Assembly: GCA_946965045.2 (NCBI GenBank)
Contig: OX337236.1
Coordinates: forward strand, 1,240,001 to 1,304,000
From: Epithemia pelagica
Taxonomy: Eukaryota > Protista > Bacillariophyta
Length of the DNA stretch: 64,000 bases
Direction of reading: 5' to 3'
Part shown: positions 30,918-43,117 of the stretch, piece after piece
Numbering within the stretch: position 1 is the stretch's first letter
Layout of the letters: each line of letters begins with the position of its first letter
Program-made: the position numbers and the translations under genes
The notes under the pieces: generated by a model
Databases searched by the model: none
What the model was told of the DNA's origin: nothing
The model's input: the letters and a program-made list of their open reading frames with translations, nothing else

Positions 30918-32513
30918 CGCTCTAGTGTTTGGGGGAACTTCTAAGCGGCGAGTTCGCAGAGAAGTGGGGCGGTTGCCGTGGTGGGCAGGTAGTGTTCCAT
31001 GCTGGCCGGGGAGTATATTGGAGTTATAGGTGGAAAATTTGGCCGTGAAAGATTTTGCAATTGGGTCGTTCGTTTCTGTCTGGTGGTGTGATATTGGTGG
31101 ATGGCTGTCATGTGGTTGTTGACATGGATTGCTAAGCTTGTGACGATGGCGTGGCTGAGGGATGCCTTGGCAAAGTGTCCCATCGAGTACATATGGGCTT
31201 CTGGGTAGCAAAATTTTTTTGTCTCTTTGTTGGCTGCTGTGAGAAGGTTGGCTGGGGCGTGAGTGGTTTCCTGAAAGAGTGCAAAGGCTTGTGGGTGTGC
31301 ACTGCTGCGAAGACTGTTTTTTCCGAAGTGTGGGTCGTCCCACGTTGGCGGTTTGCCCGGATGAAAGAGGTGTGGTTGGTGTTCACTTGGGAAAAGCAGG
31401 TTTTCCGCGAAAGAACCTAAGCCTCCGAGGTGATCGACCGTAAAGGGGAGGAGGTATACCCCGTTGTCGTAGAGGTGTTGTGCAGTGGTGGGGTCTCGAC
31501 AGAATTTGTCACGTGCTGCGTCCTGGTGCGTCTTGGAGGCCATACAGGCAATGTTTTCGTGGTCAGACGGGTCCAGGATGGGCTGTGGTTTCTGTGGAGG
31601 AGGGACTGTAATATCGATAGCGGTGTAGCGAAAGTGCTGGTTTCGGTGTGGTTGTTTAAGGAGCATGCCGACGTCCGCTTGTCGGATGTTTCGGCTGTGT
31701 TGTGGAGCCAGGCCTGGCGGTTCGATAAGTACATCCAGACTTGTGTCCACTGCTTTTGGGGCTATTTGGCGCAGGACATCAAACAGGGTGTCTCTGATCG
31801 CGTTCGAAAGGGGAGTCTTGGAGGCGGCGCTGCACGAAAACAAGTGGTCCCCTTGTGCGTCTAGTGTGGCTTTCTTGGCACATTTGCAAGATTTTGGAGC
31901 CGGTTGGTTGGGGTCTTGGGAGAACAGTGGTAGACGTAATTTTCTCCTCATGGCTGTTTTGAAGACCGCGTTATCAAGTCGGAATTCGGAGGCTGTCAGC
32001 GGCAGAGAAAAAGCCATGCTTGTGAGTGGTGAAAGCAGTGAAGGTAAGAAGATGCGTTGTTTGGTGTCTGTTATCGTGAATAGTCTTTCGATTGCGTGTT
32101 CTCTCATGATGTGGTTCATCATGCTGTTGTGTGTGTGTTTGTCATACCGAGATGGGGTATAGAGGGCTTTGTCTGCCAGTTCGTGGGCAAAAAGCGAGAG
32201 GCTTTTACGGAATTTGGTCATGGTTGGTGTGGTGGAGTCTTCCCAGGTGAGGAAGGGCCGGCTGTGGACGGTTGGAATTGGTGTGTCTGTGGACGACGCA
32301 AGTTTGATTGCTCGCACGGTCTGAGTGAGAAATCGCGGGTACGCTGCGGAGGAGGCCATTTGGTAGCCAAGGCCTCCGAGGCGTTGAGGGATTGATGCAA
32401 TAATTATCGCTGTTTCGTTGACGTCCGTGTCTCTGGAGGAGGTTAGACGGGCGAGGAAGCGTGCTGTCAGTTTGTCGGTTCGTCTCGTGGTGTCGCTGTC
32501 CCACATTGTTGAT
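30918..32513 (-). mobile_element. 5'-truncated non-LTR retrotransposon with C-terminal restriction-like endonuclease (CRE/R2-type architecture)
   Basis: 521-aa ORF at 30941..32506: RT-thumb motif IPQRLGGLG, CKC...DAQGDHLFSC zinc knuckle and EP...RQADV...AIDITV RLE motif. No RT core. Candidate TSD TTTTATTTTA at 30908-30917 and 32514-32523. Confidence 0.82.
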
Positions 32514-32989
32514 TTTTATTTTAGTTGTCTATGGTTGACGGGCGTAGCTGCTGCATAGCAGGTGGGGTTTTTGACTGAGAGACCGAGCAACAACGAGGAC
32601 GGACAGTTTCACCGTACGACATACGGACAGTGACGATGGCAGCAGACTCTCATGTCTAACCAGTTAGCGCATGGCGGAACGGTAAAATTACGAACAAACA
32701 CTATGGTATGAAGCGCATCATGTGATACTCCTAGGTATCTTTGTAACATGGACAGAGGGTGACAAGTGACAGAACCAGCACGTTTTCACGCTCAATACCT
32801 GGTCGAAAAGGACAAATGTATAATTCACAGCGCCAACTCCAAGATGGAAAATTCATGGCAATTTACGGTAGTCCAAATGCATCTGAACGCCATACAAACA
32901 TTGAAGCTTCTCACGGCAAGGATCCGAGTCCTAGACATGCCTTTATTATGGATCTGACTTTGTTGCGAGACGGGTCCCGCAAAGGCCAC

Positions 32990-34507
32990 TCAGTCTTTTG
33001 GTCCATGTTTTAGTTTCCGCCAAACCTTGGCAGGTAACGGAGAAGACGTACACTGTTCTTGTTTCTCTTCTTCATGATTGGTGTCGGGTCCAAACAGCTG
33101 CCGAGTCAACTCCACAAACTGACCGGGTGTAAGTTCTTCGGGTCGTTTGGAAGCCCAATTTTCCGGCAAGGCTTGATGCAAACAAATGGAATCTCCCTGT
33201 TCGGCGAGTTGACGAACTGATCTTGGCAGTGGAATAGCGGGCAATGCTGCATCCCAGGAAAGACTGGTGGCATCCGAGGTGGTGGTGGCTGTTGTTGGTG
33301 GTGGTGGAGGCTGGACGTCCCGTGCCAATTTCCGCAAGGAATTGCGCAGTGTTTTCCGTCGTTGTTGAAAGGCCGTGGTGAGTACCCGTCGCAACTGTCG
33401 TGGATCGACACCTCCCAGTCGTTGTTGCAATTGGTGTGGTGGACAAAAGCGTAGGCCCATGAGGGCGGAATCCACCTTGGGTTTGGGATAAAAGACGGTC
33501 GGTGGAATTTTGAAATGACTGTGGACTTGTCGCGTATACAATTGAAAGACCACACTGAGGATTCCATAGTCCTTGGTCCCCGTCGAGGCAACCAGTCGTT
33601 GTCCCACTTCCCATTGCATAGTCACCGTGGCACATTGAATGGCACCGACATGACTGGCATCGGCCAAGGCAAAGAGAATTTGGGATGTAATATAATAGGG
33701 CAAATTGCCAATCACCACCAAGGGCTTCAAAACGTCCGGTTGCTCGTCCTTCTCCTCTTCCTTAGATTGACATTTTCGGCGGGCCATTTGAGGATAGTCT
33801 ACTTGCAAGACATCGGCATGCACAATGTGCAAGGAGGGGTGTTTGTCTTGTAACAACTCCACAGACCGATCGTCAATTTCAATGCATTCCAGTTTGTCCG
33901 CTCCATACGTTTCCACCAACTTGTCTGTTAAAGCACCCGCACCGGGTCCCAATTCGACGATCCGGTCCGTCCAGTCCGAATCATCCGGAACCACGTCTTG
34001 TTCCTCCTCGTCTGGATTGGAGGATGAGGAACGCACCACTGGAAACAAGGAGGCGTAGGATTGTACGGCATCTTGATGAAAGGCTCGTATTATTTTGGCA
34101 ACCGTATTGGGATCCTTGAGATAATTTTGTCCCAGTGATTGTTTGGGTCGATAGGATCCGGATGGCAATTGGGGAGTGGCCGAAGGAATAATGGGTTGAG
34201 TTTCCGTCCGGGACATTGTTGTGGTGGCACCACCCGAATATGTGGGATCGTCTTCGGCCCATTCCCATTCGCCATCGGAGGTACGTTGCACCCAACCATA
34301 TAAGGCACTTGTCGTCGTCGGCGTCGTCGTCGTTCTCGAAACACGTTGGTTCGGATTCCACACCAAACGGCCAACTGATGGTCGCCCCTGCAATGTCCTG
34401 GGTACTCTCCACAAACCAAGTCCAAAGGCATTAATCTGGCACGAGGGATTCCATACAAGAAACATCCATGCTACGAAATGACACACAGACATTATGGTCA
34501 TTTTCAT
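32990..34507 (-). CDS. rsmA: rRNA small-subunit adenine dimethyltransferase (KsgA/RsmA/Dim1 family), organelle-targeted
   Basis: KQSLGQNYL, ELGPGAGALT, IEID, GNLPYYITS, PKPKVDSA and AFQQRRKTLRNSL. A signal peptide ending INA|F starts from ATG 34507. Confidence 0.92.
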   Translation of the reverse strand: MKMTIMSVCHFVAWMFLVWNPSCQINAFGLGLWRVPRTLQGRPSVGRLVWNPNQRVSRTTTTPTTTSALYGWVQRTSDGEWEWAEDDPTYSGGATTTMSRTETQPIIPSATPQLPSGSYRPKQSLGQNYLKDPNTVAKIIRAFHQDAVQSYASLFPVVRSSSSNPDEEEQDVVPDDSDWTDRIVELGPGAGALTDKLVETYGADKLECIEIDDRSVELLQDKHPSLHIVHADVLQVDYPQMARRKCQSKEEEKDEQPDVLKPLVVIGNLPYYITSQILFALADASHVGAIQCATVTMQWEVGQRLVASTGTKDYGILSVVFQLYTRQVHSHFKIPPTVFYPKPKVDSALMGLRFCPPHQLQQRLGGVDPRQLRRVLTTAFQQRRKTLRNSLRKLARDVQPPPPPTTATTTSDATSLSWDAALPAIPLPRSVRQLAEQGDSICLHQALPENWASKRPEELTPGQFVELTRQLFGPDTNHEEEKQEQCTSSPLPAKVWRKLKHGPKD

Positions 34508-34886
34508 CCTTGGAAAGAGTGATGAGTGGATCATCGTTCCATGGTCGTTCCGAATTGTGACATGTGCGATGGCTGTGGATGGTCCGACGGTCTGTCCAAC
34601 GATCGGCTCAAAGATTTTGCAGGGCGGAAAACATCCAGAATCGCCCCGGGGCACTTACACGCACACACATACACGTGTTTACGACACATTCATTTTCATT
34701 GCGTCGATTGTCGATTCCAAACGTTCACTTGAAATTGTCTTACCTCTTTGTTTTTGGGAATGAACAAAACCGAAACCTGTCGAACCCATTGGTGTTTCCA
34801 CAACGTCTGAGAGAAAAGACTGAGAAGAGAAGAAAGTTGGGTGGTGAGCAGCCTATTGTATCGTCCGATTGTTGTATCCAAGCACC

Positions 34887-37800
34887 ATGAAATCTCGGTT
34901 CGACGGTGTCGATGTGTTTGCCATGGTCTGTCATTTGCGACGGACCCTCTTGGGTTCCAAGGTGGTGAATATTTACGATGGGGATGAAGGAAGTGGAGGA
35001 GATAATAACAACAATACGACCTATGCCTTTAAATTGGATGCGCCCTTGGCCAAACGCAAAACCTTTTTGGTCTTGCAGTCGGGAATTCGCTTTCACGATG
35101 TGTCGAATGACACGGACGACACTAGTGTCACAGGCGAAACCACGAAACGCCAGGGGTCGTCAGCCACATCGTGGATGCAATCGTATGCCAATACACAGCC
35201 TTCTCCCTTTTGTTCCAAATTACGCAAACATTTGAGATATTCACGATTGGAACAAATTCAACAAATTGGTCAATTGGACCGTGTCGTTGTCTTTACCTTT
35301 TTTGGTGCCACTGCCAATGGATCGTCCTCGTCGTCGTCGTGTTCCCTCATTTTGGAGTTGTACAGCAAGGGCAATCTGATTCTCACGGATGCCAACTATG
35401 AGATTCTGGCTCTCTTGAGATCGCATGCCTATCAAACGACACCAACGTTCAAAGAGCAAAGCCCAACGGACAAGGACAATGACACCAACGACAAGGACAA
35501 GAACAAGAAGAAAACAAAGAAAGAAGACGAGGACGATCAACAAGTCTTGGTCAAGGTTGGTAAAATATATCCAGTGACGTATGCTTCCACATCGAAAACT
35601 GCTGCCTCCAATCAAACCAATGATCATGACGACGGAACCGGAATCTTATCGGACAAGTATAGAGAGTGGGTTCAGCAACAAGTGCAGGAAGAATACGAAA
35701 AGCAACAAGCCAGACAGGCAAATACAGCAGCCATGTCCTCCAACAAAAAGAAGAACAAGAACAAAGGCAACGACTCCAATCAAACGGAAAGTCAAACCTC
35801 GGATACCAATGCATCCTCCGTCTCTCTTTTGTCACTCTCCCTCAAAGCCCTGTTGTTGCGCAACTCTTCTGGTGTTTCGCATTATGGCCCCGCCTTACTG
35901 GAGCATGCCATTCTTTGTACAGAAAACCTATCACCCAACAAACCCCTTTGTATGGACATTCGTCCAACTGGCAACACGGAACCCAATGACAAAGATGTGA
36001 CCGACGACTCAACGTCGACCCCCGATATTGCAGGCTTGTCCGTGACAGACTGGGAAAGCCTGCGGCATTCGTTGAGAACCGAAGCTCCTGCTGTTCTGGA
36101 GCGACTTCAGAACGCGACGGAACAGGAAACACCAGGCTATCTTTTGTACAAGGACTTTGTTCCTTCCGCCAACAAGGCAGACAATCAAACGAATAGCAAT
36201 GGCAACACAGCCAATACTTCTCTCTCCGAACAACTCACATTGCCTCATCCGGACAAAACGCTGATTGAGTTTCACCCCCACTTACTAAAACAACATGAAT
36301 CCATGCAGTATGTCAAGACGAATCATTTCGGTCGGGCAGTGTTTGATTTCTTTGCACAGTTGCAGGCACAAAAACGCCGTCAACGGTCCCTCCAAGCCGA
36401 GCAAGCAGTGGCAGCACGGTTGCAAAGCATTCAACTGGATCAGCAACAACGTGTACAGGCCTTGGAAGATGAGATTGTCTTGTGTCAACAACGAGCCATG
36501 GCCGTTGAACAGAATGCCACACAAGTGGATCAAGCCTTGCAGGTTGTCAACAGCGCTTTGGATTCGGGTATGGACTGGGATCAACTAGAGCAAGTTGTAC
36601 GAGTAGAACAGGAAGAGCACGCCAATCCAATTGCTCTTCTTATCAAAGAGCTGCAGCTGGACAAGGATCAAATGATTTTGAACCTGCCCGTTCTAGTTGA
36701 AACTATGGAAGACGGCAGTGATGGTAATGAAAGTGGTGGATCCAAACTAGTTGAAGTACCCATTGTTCTCAATGAAACAGCTCATGGCAATGCCAGTCGT
36801 TTGTTTGCTCACTACCGTGCATCCAAAGACAAGTCGCGCAAGACAGTGGAAGCCTCGGCCAAGGTAATGGAAGCTGCTCAAGCCACGGCGGAACGACAAT
36901 TAGCGGCCGCACAAGCCAAGCAAAAGCAAAAACGACAGGTATCGTCGGCAGTGCGCAAAACGGCATGGTTTGAAAAGTTTCATTGGATGATCACTCGCGA
37001 CAATTACCTCGTTCTGGCGGGTCGAGATGCCCATCAAAATGAAATGTTGGTCAAACGATATTTGCGTCCAGGTGATGCCTATTTACATGCCGATGTACAT
37101 GGTGCAGCCTCGTGTATTCTGCGAGCAAAGCGACAACGTTTTGTCACAGCTAATGGAGATGCATCAACAACAAGCAAACCAAGTACCAGATCCAAAGCTT
37201 TGCCTCTGTCGGAACAAGCCTTGGTGGAAGCTGGACAATTTACAATCTGCCACTCTTCGGCCTGGTCTAGTCGCATGGTCACATCCGCCTGGTGGGTAGA
37301 ATCGCATCAAGTCAGCAAAACTGCTCCTTCGGGAGAATACTTGACTGTAGGATCTTTTATGATTCGTGGCAAAAAGAATTATTTGCCTCCTGTCCCACTG
37401 GAAATGGGATTGGCCGTCTTGTTTCGTTTGGGGGATGAAGACTCGATTGCCAGACACAAGGATAAGGACCGTCGAGATTTTCAAATGCTGGCCGCCACGA
37501 GTATCATGGAAGAGGAAGAGAAGGATGCAACAGACGATCGGGAAACCATATCGGAGCCGGACCGAAACGACAATGAAGTGGGTGTTCCGGAGAAGGAGGC
37601 GCAGAATGACGGATCAGCGGAAACGACGGAGATGGAACAACAACCGTCAAAACTCATATTGACTGATGTGAGTGAAGGAGACGATCCAGCAGAAGACGCG
37701 GACAATGACGTTGCGCCAGCTGTAATGGATTACAGGGAACCAGTGGATGAAAGTGGTGATTTGGAACAAGAGGCGAATGATCACATGTCCTCTGTACCGT

Positions 37801-39032
37801 CGCACCAGGAACAAGACGAGGCCAGCAAAGATCAAACGTCGACGGAAGAACCATCTGAAGATTTCTCTACAACAATGAAGAAAAAGAAAGGTCTCTCTGT
37901 ACGAGATCGAAAACTGATCAAGAAATATGGTTCGCTGGAGGAGGCAGAACGAGTACTCACCGAACAAAGAAACTCCACCATCGGGGAAAGCGAAGAAACT
38001 TTGACGGATAAGGGTGACACTGTGTCCGAGATCTCGTCAACAGTGGACTTGGCATCTCACAAACGTGGGAAAAAGGCCAAGTTAAAGCGACAAAAGAAGA
38101 AGTATGCAGATCAAGATGACGACGATCGCGAGTTGGCCTTACTGTTGTTGCATGGTGGCACAAAGGACAAGGGCAGAAAGAATAAAAACGCATCGAATAA
38201 AAACGGTCCAAAGACCAAGGTGGAGCAAGAAGTGGGTGAAGCAACGGCAGCTGTCTTGTCTAAAGATTCTAAACTTGTGGCCGAAAGTCTTCCTGAGGAG
38301 GTACGGAAGAAATTTGTACAGTGTCTCGATAGCCAAGAACCAACGAGTGATGAAGATGCTCGCTGGGATCAAATAGACGGAAACGTTGTCGAGCAGCTGG
38401 TTCAGTTGCAATCAGAAGAAGCGCAGTTAGCAGCAGTGAACCGATTACTTTTCCTCATGGAAACCTCGAAGGTGGACAACTTGACGTTGAGCCTGGCAGG
38501 GATTCTGAGAACGATTAGAAAATATGGTCATAAAAACCTCGTTTTATCGACGCAACAAATTGAGAAGAATGGTGACGTCAAGAACTCTGGACCTAAAGAT
38601 GATGATGAAACTGGTGATATCAACGACACTGGCGTGGATGAGATTGATGATACGACGGAACTGTCCAAACTCACTGGCAAACCACTTCCTGAGGATGTGT
38701 TGCTCTACGCAGTCCCTGTATGCGCGCCGTACTCGACCCTGTCACAGTATCAGTATCGTGTCAAACTTACTCCTGGGAATGGAAAACGAGGTAAGGCAGC
38801 GAAGCAATGCTTAGAATTCTTATTGCAGCAACATCAAACCAACTACAGCAACATCAAGAGTGGAGCAACTGGACCAAATCCCAACGACTTGTATCGTGAC
38901 CTTATCAAACGCGTTTCGGACAATGAATGGGTACAAACCATTGTTCCTGACGTTAAGATCTCGGCCGCAGGGTCCAGTAAGTTAATGAAACAACAACAGC
39001 AGAAGGGTAAAGGAGGCAAGAAGAAGAAATGA
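34887..39032 (+). CDS. NEMF: Ribosome quality control factor NEMF/Rqc2
   Basis: MKSRFDGVDV...NIYD (NFACT-N), WFEKFHW...AGRDAHQNEMLVKRYL and YLHADVHGA (NFACT-R), and C-terminal AVPVCAPY...VKLTPG. Confidence 0.96.
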   Translation: MKSRFDGVDVFAMVCHLRRTLLGSKVVNIYDGDEGSGGDNNNNTTYAFKLDAPLAKRKTFLVLQSGIRFHDVSNDTDDTSVTGETTKRQGSSATSWMQSYANTQPSPFCSKLRKHLRYSRLEQIQQIGQLDRVVVFTFFGATANGSSSSSSCSLILELYSKGNLILTDANYEILALLRSHAYQTTPTFKEQSPTDKDNDTNDKDKNKKKTKKEDEDDQQVLVKVGKIYPVTYASTSKTAASNQTNDHDDGTGILSDKYREWVQQQVQEEYEKQQARQANTAAMSSNKKKNKNKGNDSNQTESQTSDTNASSVSLLSLSLKALLLRNSSGVSHYGPALLEHAILCTENLSPNKPLCMDIRPTGNTEPNDKDVTDDSTSTPDIAGLSVTDWESLRHSLRTEAPAVLERLQNATEQETPGYLLYKDFVPSANKADNQTNSNGNTANTSLSEQLTLPHPDKTLIEFHPHLLKQHESMQYVKTNHFGRAVFDFFAQLQAQKRRQRSLQAEQAVAARLQSIQLDQQQRVQALEDEIVLCQQRAMAVEQNATQVDQALQVVNSALDSGMDWDQLEQVVRVEQEEHANPIALLIKELQLDKDQMILNLPVLVETMEDGSDGNESGGSKLVEVPIVLNETAHGNASRLFAHYRASKDKSRKTVEASAKVMEAAQATAERQLAAAQAKQKQKRQVSSAVRKTAWFEKFHWMITRDNYLVLAGRDAHQNEMLVKRYLRPGDAYLHADVHGAASCILRAKRQRFVTANGDASTTSKPSTRSKALPLSEQALVEAGQFTICHSSAWSSRMVTSAWWVESHQVSKTAPSGEYLTVGSFMIRGKKNYLPPVPLEMGLAVLFRLGDEDSIARHKDKDRRDFQMLAATSIMEEEEKDATDDRETISEPDRNDNEVGVPEKEAQNDGSAETTEMEQQPSKLILTDVSEGDDPAEDADNDVAPAVMDYREPVDESGDLEQEANDHMSSVPSHQEQDEASKDQTSTEEPSEDFSTTMKKKKGLSVRDRKLIKKYGSLEEAERVLTEQRNSTIGESEETLTDKGDTVSEISSTVDLASHKRGKKAKLKRQKKKYADQDDDDRELALLLLHGGTKDKGRKNKNASNKNGPKTKVEQEVGEATAAVLSKDSKLVAESLPEEVRKKFVQCLDSQEPTSDEDARWDQIDGNVVEQLVQLQSEEAQLAAVNRLLFLMETSKVDNLTLSLAGILRTIRKYGHKNLVLSTQQIEKNGDVKNSGPKDDDETGDINDTGVDEIDDTTELSKLTGKPLPEDVLLYAVPVCAPYSTLSQYQYRVKLTPGNGKRGKAAKQCLEFLLQQHQTNYSNIKSGATGPNPNDLYRDLIKRVSDNEWVQTIVPDVKISAAGSSKLMKQQQQKGKGGKKKK

Positions 39033-39390
39033 CGTTGTTCTGCGTTGCATGCCATCCTATGGGATCATGCATTCCCTCGAAGTCTCTGCCCGATCGACGT
39101 GCCCTTATGTGGTTGTCTCGTGAGCTCCTTTACCGCAGACTTTCCCATGTTGAAGTGGTGAACGGACATGGCGTTCGATCCTCCAAGTGATTCTGCGAGA
39201 TATGAATGTGAGTTCTCACTCTTGGACTTTTCAGTCATGTCACTAGTTCGTCGTTTGGAATTTTGGCTTAGCCAATAGAACCTTAAGTTTTGGTAACCAG
39301 TTAACTATTACTTAAAACTGATATTATGAGCATGGTATTGAAGACAAGCATTTAGTCTTGCCAGTATCGATTCCTTGGTCAAAACATACG

Positions 39391-40329
39391 TTACAGAAGT
39401 CCTGGTTTATCTTCTTCTGTTTCATCCAAATCTTCTGCCTCAATGTCTGAGGTCTTGTCGAGAGTCGGTTTGGGATAGTCTTCAATCTCGGGCATGGGGT
39501 TTTGACCCAGTGTGGATTTCGGAGTTAACCCTTCGTTGGCGGCTAGCACCAATTGACGTCCCAAGAAAAAGAACCAAGCGGGCCAAAAGAAAAACCGCGA
39601 AGCGAGGCTCACATAGAGGGCAAAGCGAGTAAACTTGATCCACTCCTTGAAACGCAACACCTCAAAGGCAAACTCAACCCAGCAAATACAGGACAAGAAA
39701 AGAGAAAACCATCCAAACTTTCCACTAAACTGAAAGCCAGAATCTCCTCCTTGTTGTCGTCGAATCGAAACAGAGAGCAAAATCAAAATAAAGCCCAAAA
39801 ACAACCACTCCAAGGCATTGACCCACATCAAAAGCCCTTCTACACTCACATAGACGACTTCCAATGTACGCCATCCAATATAATCAGGACCGGCCGATCG
39901 CGAAGCCATCCAAAAGTCCAAGTTGAAATCGTCCGAGATCCATTCCATGGCCATCAACGCTCCGACCAACATGACGTGACTGGCAAATTCGGTCGCCGCA
40001 CCCGTCACACTCAAGACAGCGATGGCGGTGTGAAGGCCAACCAATCGTTTGCCACCCAATGACAAGGCGAAGGCCAGCTGAAGCAAAGGGATGCATAAAA
40101 TAACCCATGAAACGGCATTTAATAAGCCTGCGGCCGATTGCAACGCTCGTAGATCACGGCGCAATTCCCAATCATCTTGGATCTTGGAAGGATCCAGTGC
40201 GGTATACTGTGAATAGTTGATGTGGCGGTGTGAATCATTTCGTTGCTTGGCCAATGTTGCCATGAACAAAATGTCGCCGACCACGGCACAAAACGCCGCC
40301 AGAACACAGGATAATGCAACACGAGGCAT
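39391..40329 (-). CDS. Multi-pass membrane protein, paralog A (312 aa)
   Basis: About 6 hydrophobic segments. Aligns over its full length with 43118..44099 (DWxLRRDL, LSxGGKRLVGLH, IGWRxLEV, VEFAxEVLR). Confidence 0.8.
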   Translation of the reverse strand: MPRVALSCVLAAFCAVVGDILFMATLAKQRNDSHRHINYSQYTALDPSKIQDDWELRRDLRALQSAAGLLNAVSWVILCIPLLQLAFALSLGGKRLVGLHTAIAVLSVTGAATEFASHVMLVGALMAMEWISDDFNLDFWMASRSAGPDYIGWRTLEVVYVSVEGLLMWVNALEWLFLGFILILLSVSIRRQQGGDSGFQFSGKFGWFSLFLSCICWVEFAFEVLRFKEWIKFTRFALYVSLASRFFFWPAWFFFLGRQLVLAANEGLTPKSTLGQNPMPEIEDYPKPTLDKTSDIEAEDLDETEEDKPGLL

Positions 40330-41199
40330 GTTTCGATGGACAACAATAGGGGAAAATGAAAGAGATTAAGCCGAAATGCGTTCAAAAGTTCTTCTTTCAT
40401 AAGCGGAGCTCAGCTCATCATTGTGTGGTTCGAGAAAAGCACACGCGAGGCACGGGTGAAAAAGTGAAACTCAAGCGGTGATGATGAATTCTTACAGAAA
40501 ATATATTTCGACATAATATCATACATTTCGCTAGGGTGTTGTATTACGTCATCAAAGTAACAGTTTGCACACCAAAAGCACGACACACATGCGACCCGAC
40601 CACTCACCCCTACTTGGGGGTAGGCGTTCTTTTAGCGGAGATCGTGGAGTTTATTTCCCCTTGGCTCCGCTAATCCGCTATCCGAATAGCGAGGCCAATC
40701 AGAAAGCCCCAATACGTCAGCATAGCGGCGCTCGGGTGGAGATAGCCTTAACGCCAAGGCCCTGATCGAATGACGCATTTACTTGAGGCTATTACACTCT
40801 ACATGGAAGTAATTGTCTTAGAGTATCGTGCATCGTGCGTGATGCTCGATGCATGATGGCACAATCATTATCTGGATTTGATGCACCTGTGACTGCAAAA
40901 CAAAACCGGGAGTTTAAAATCCCGCACACCACTACAACATGTCAAGGTGCTCTCTAGGTATAGGTTGCATTACATAGTTACGCCTCTGGTGTGCTCTTCT
41001 CTGCTTGTATCGACTGTGTTTCAAGAAGCAAAAACTGTTGCTAGGAAGAACGTTGTTTTGTGCACATAGTCTTCCAAACCATGTCTTCCAAAATCTGATG
41101 TATTCTTTACAAAATGGTGCAGTGATGGAATCACTAAGCCCAATCATAAACTAATGCCTTTCGGGTCTCTCCAAATTGAGACCCCCCTTGACTTTTGTC

Positions 41200-42715
41200 T
41201 TAATTAAGGCTCCACTTCTCAACGCCATACCCAACAAACTTTTCGCTGGTTCGTTTAAATCCAGCCCCATCAAAGCCACTCAATCCGAGCGAATCAGTGG
41301 CAGATTCCAGTCGCTCCACCTCTTGGGCCGACAATCGCCATCCCATGGCACCCACATTGTCCTGGAGCTGAACCGTGTTTCGTGCCCCCGGAATGGGGAT
41401 AATGTTGTTGCAAACAAGATAATTGAGAGCCACTTGAGCAATGGTCACAGGGTTGTTGCCTCCATCCGTGCTGTGATGTTGCGCAATTTCTTCCATGACC
41501 GTCAAGAGGGAAGCCAAACCACCATTGCTGTCCCCGTCGGTGTGGCTTGCATACTTTTGCAGATCGTAAAGCTCCAATGCAGTCTTTCCACTCTTGGTGA
41601 ACGACGACGAGTGCGTCGACAAATGACGGTTTTCATGCTTGGATGATGGATTGTACTTTCCCGTCAACAATCCCATGGCCAAGGGGTAAAATGCCAATAC
41701 CTTAATGTCGTGGTCCTTACAGTACTCAACAGTTTCTTGGGCGCCGTTATGTCGACCAATTAGCGAATAGGCGATTTGATTGGACGCCAAGGGGACATTG
41801 TATTGTGCCAGCTTGTCTTTGCATTGTTCCAACAAGGTGGGACCGTAGTTGCACACTCCCACATTTTTTACCAGTCCACGATTATAACACTCGGCCAAGC
41901 CTTGCCAGTAAATTTCATCTTTGGTTTGTACTGGTTGACCCAATCGAGCCAAGGGTTGCACAATATCCGGCATGTGCAATTGATACAAATCAATTTGATC
42001 GACTCCCAAACGACGGCACGATTCCTTGCAAGCCTCCACCACGGATTCGACCGTGGTTCGCCATGGCAATGGGGTAAACTTGGTCGCCACCACGGGGTCC
42101 AAGGAAGAAGATGACGACGACGACGACGACTGAGACAGGAACTTGTTGAGCATTTGCTCCGTCTCGCCGTACCCCATTCCAAACGCTGTCTTCCAATGAG
42201 AACCATATCGTTCAGCTGTGTCAAAGAATCCTGCGTTAGCCTGAACCGCTGTATCAACCAAGTTTTGAAGTTCCGAGTTTTCTATATCAAATACTGTATA
42301 CATACAAGAATTCCAAGCGGCAAAGTTGTCAGAAGCCCTGTGATACATCCTGAACGTGACCTCGTTCGCACGTACATTTATCGCTGGACCAAGAGATTGT
42401 CCCCACACCAATCGAGGGGACGTCAAGGTTTCCCAATTTTGTTGTGTCGGCATGACCGTTTTGTTTTACAAAAAGGTTACTTTCTTGTGAAGAGGGCCTG
42501 GATAGTCCACTTCCACCCCCAGCCTCTTCCAAGTCCACATACATGTTCAATCTGGTTGTAGACGATGACAATGACGCGGTCGGGAATGAATATCTCGCTG
42601 CGGTTGTCGTCGTCGGAGGAGATGCGGAGAAGCCCTGAATTTCATGGTCGAACATGATAACTGTGGCGACAAGAAACAGCCTGAAGCCGAAATGTTTATT
42701 CAATGTGGTGTCCAT
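41200..42715 (-). CDS. Aldo-keto reductase, plastid-type targeting, 2 exons
   Basis: Intron 42294-42375 joins GVGTISWSSDK|LFDIEN. Motifs FFDTAERYG, ATKF, IDLYQLH, VGVCNY, AQVALNY and PIPGARN. Signal ends IQG|F. Confidence 0.92.
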
Positions 42716-43117
42716 GGTCCTTGGTTTGATCTGTAGGAGTACTTCCTTTCAACGTCGAAAGGAAAATGATGGATGTATGACAAGTCAAACAAAGAAACAG
42801 AATTTTCAGAAAACGTTGGCTAATTGGTGATGGTGATGCGTGCGACTGCAGTGGTGCGAATGACTCATTCCACCCACAGGGTGCCCACAGGGCGGACTCG
42901 GAAGCGGACAATCGCGCGTCACACTCGCAGAGTGAGTCAAAATTACACGTCGTGTAGATACGAAGTACTGACGCCGAAAAAATGCATCGGTCGCTCTTTA
43001 TCCCTACTAGCATCCCTACTAGCTTATAGCCTATCAAATCTTTCTCGAAGTCCTACTCTAGAGGAGTAGGAGTAGTTCCCGTTCTGAAATGCATCTAAAG
43101 GGGCTCATCTCTAAACT

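Noticed and set aside
43051-43071. 8-bp stem hairpin TCCTACTC-TAGAG-GAGTAGGA
   Set aside because: Eukaryotic context and no U-tract; a single short hairpin is expected by chance in 64 kb.
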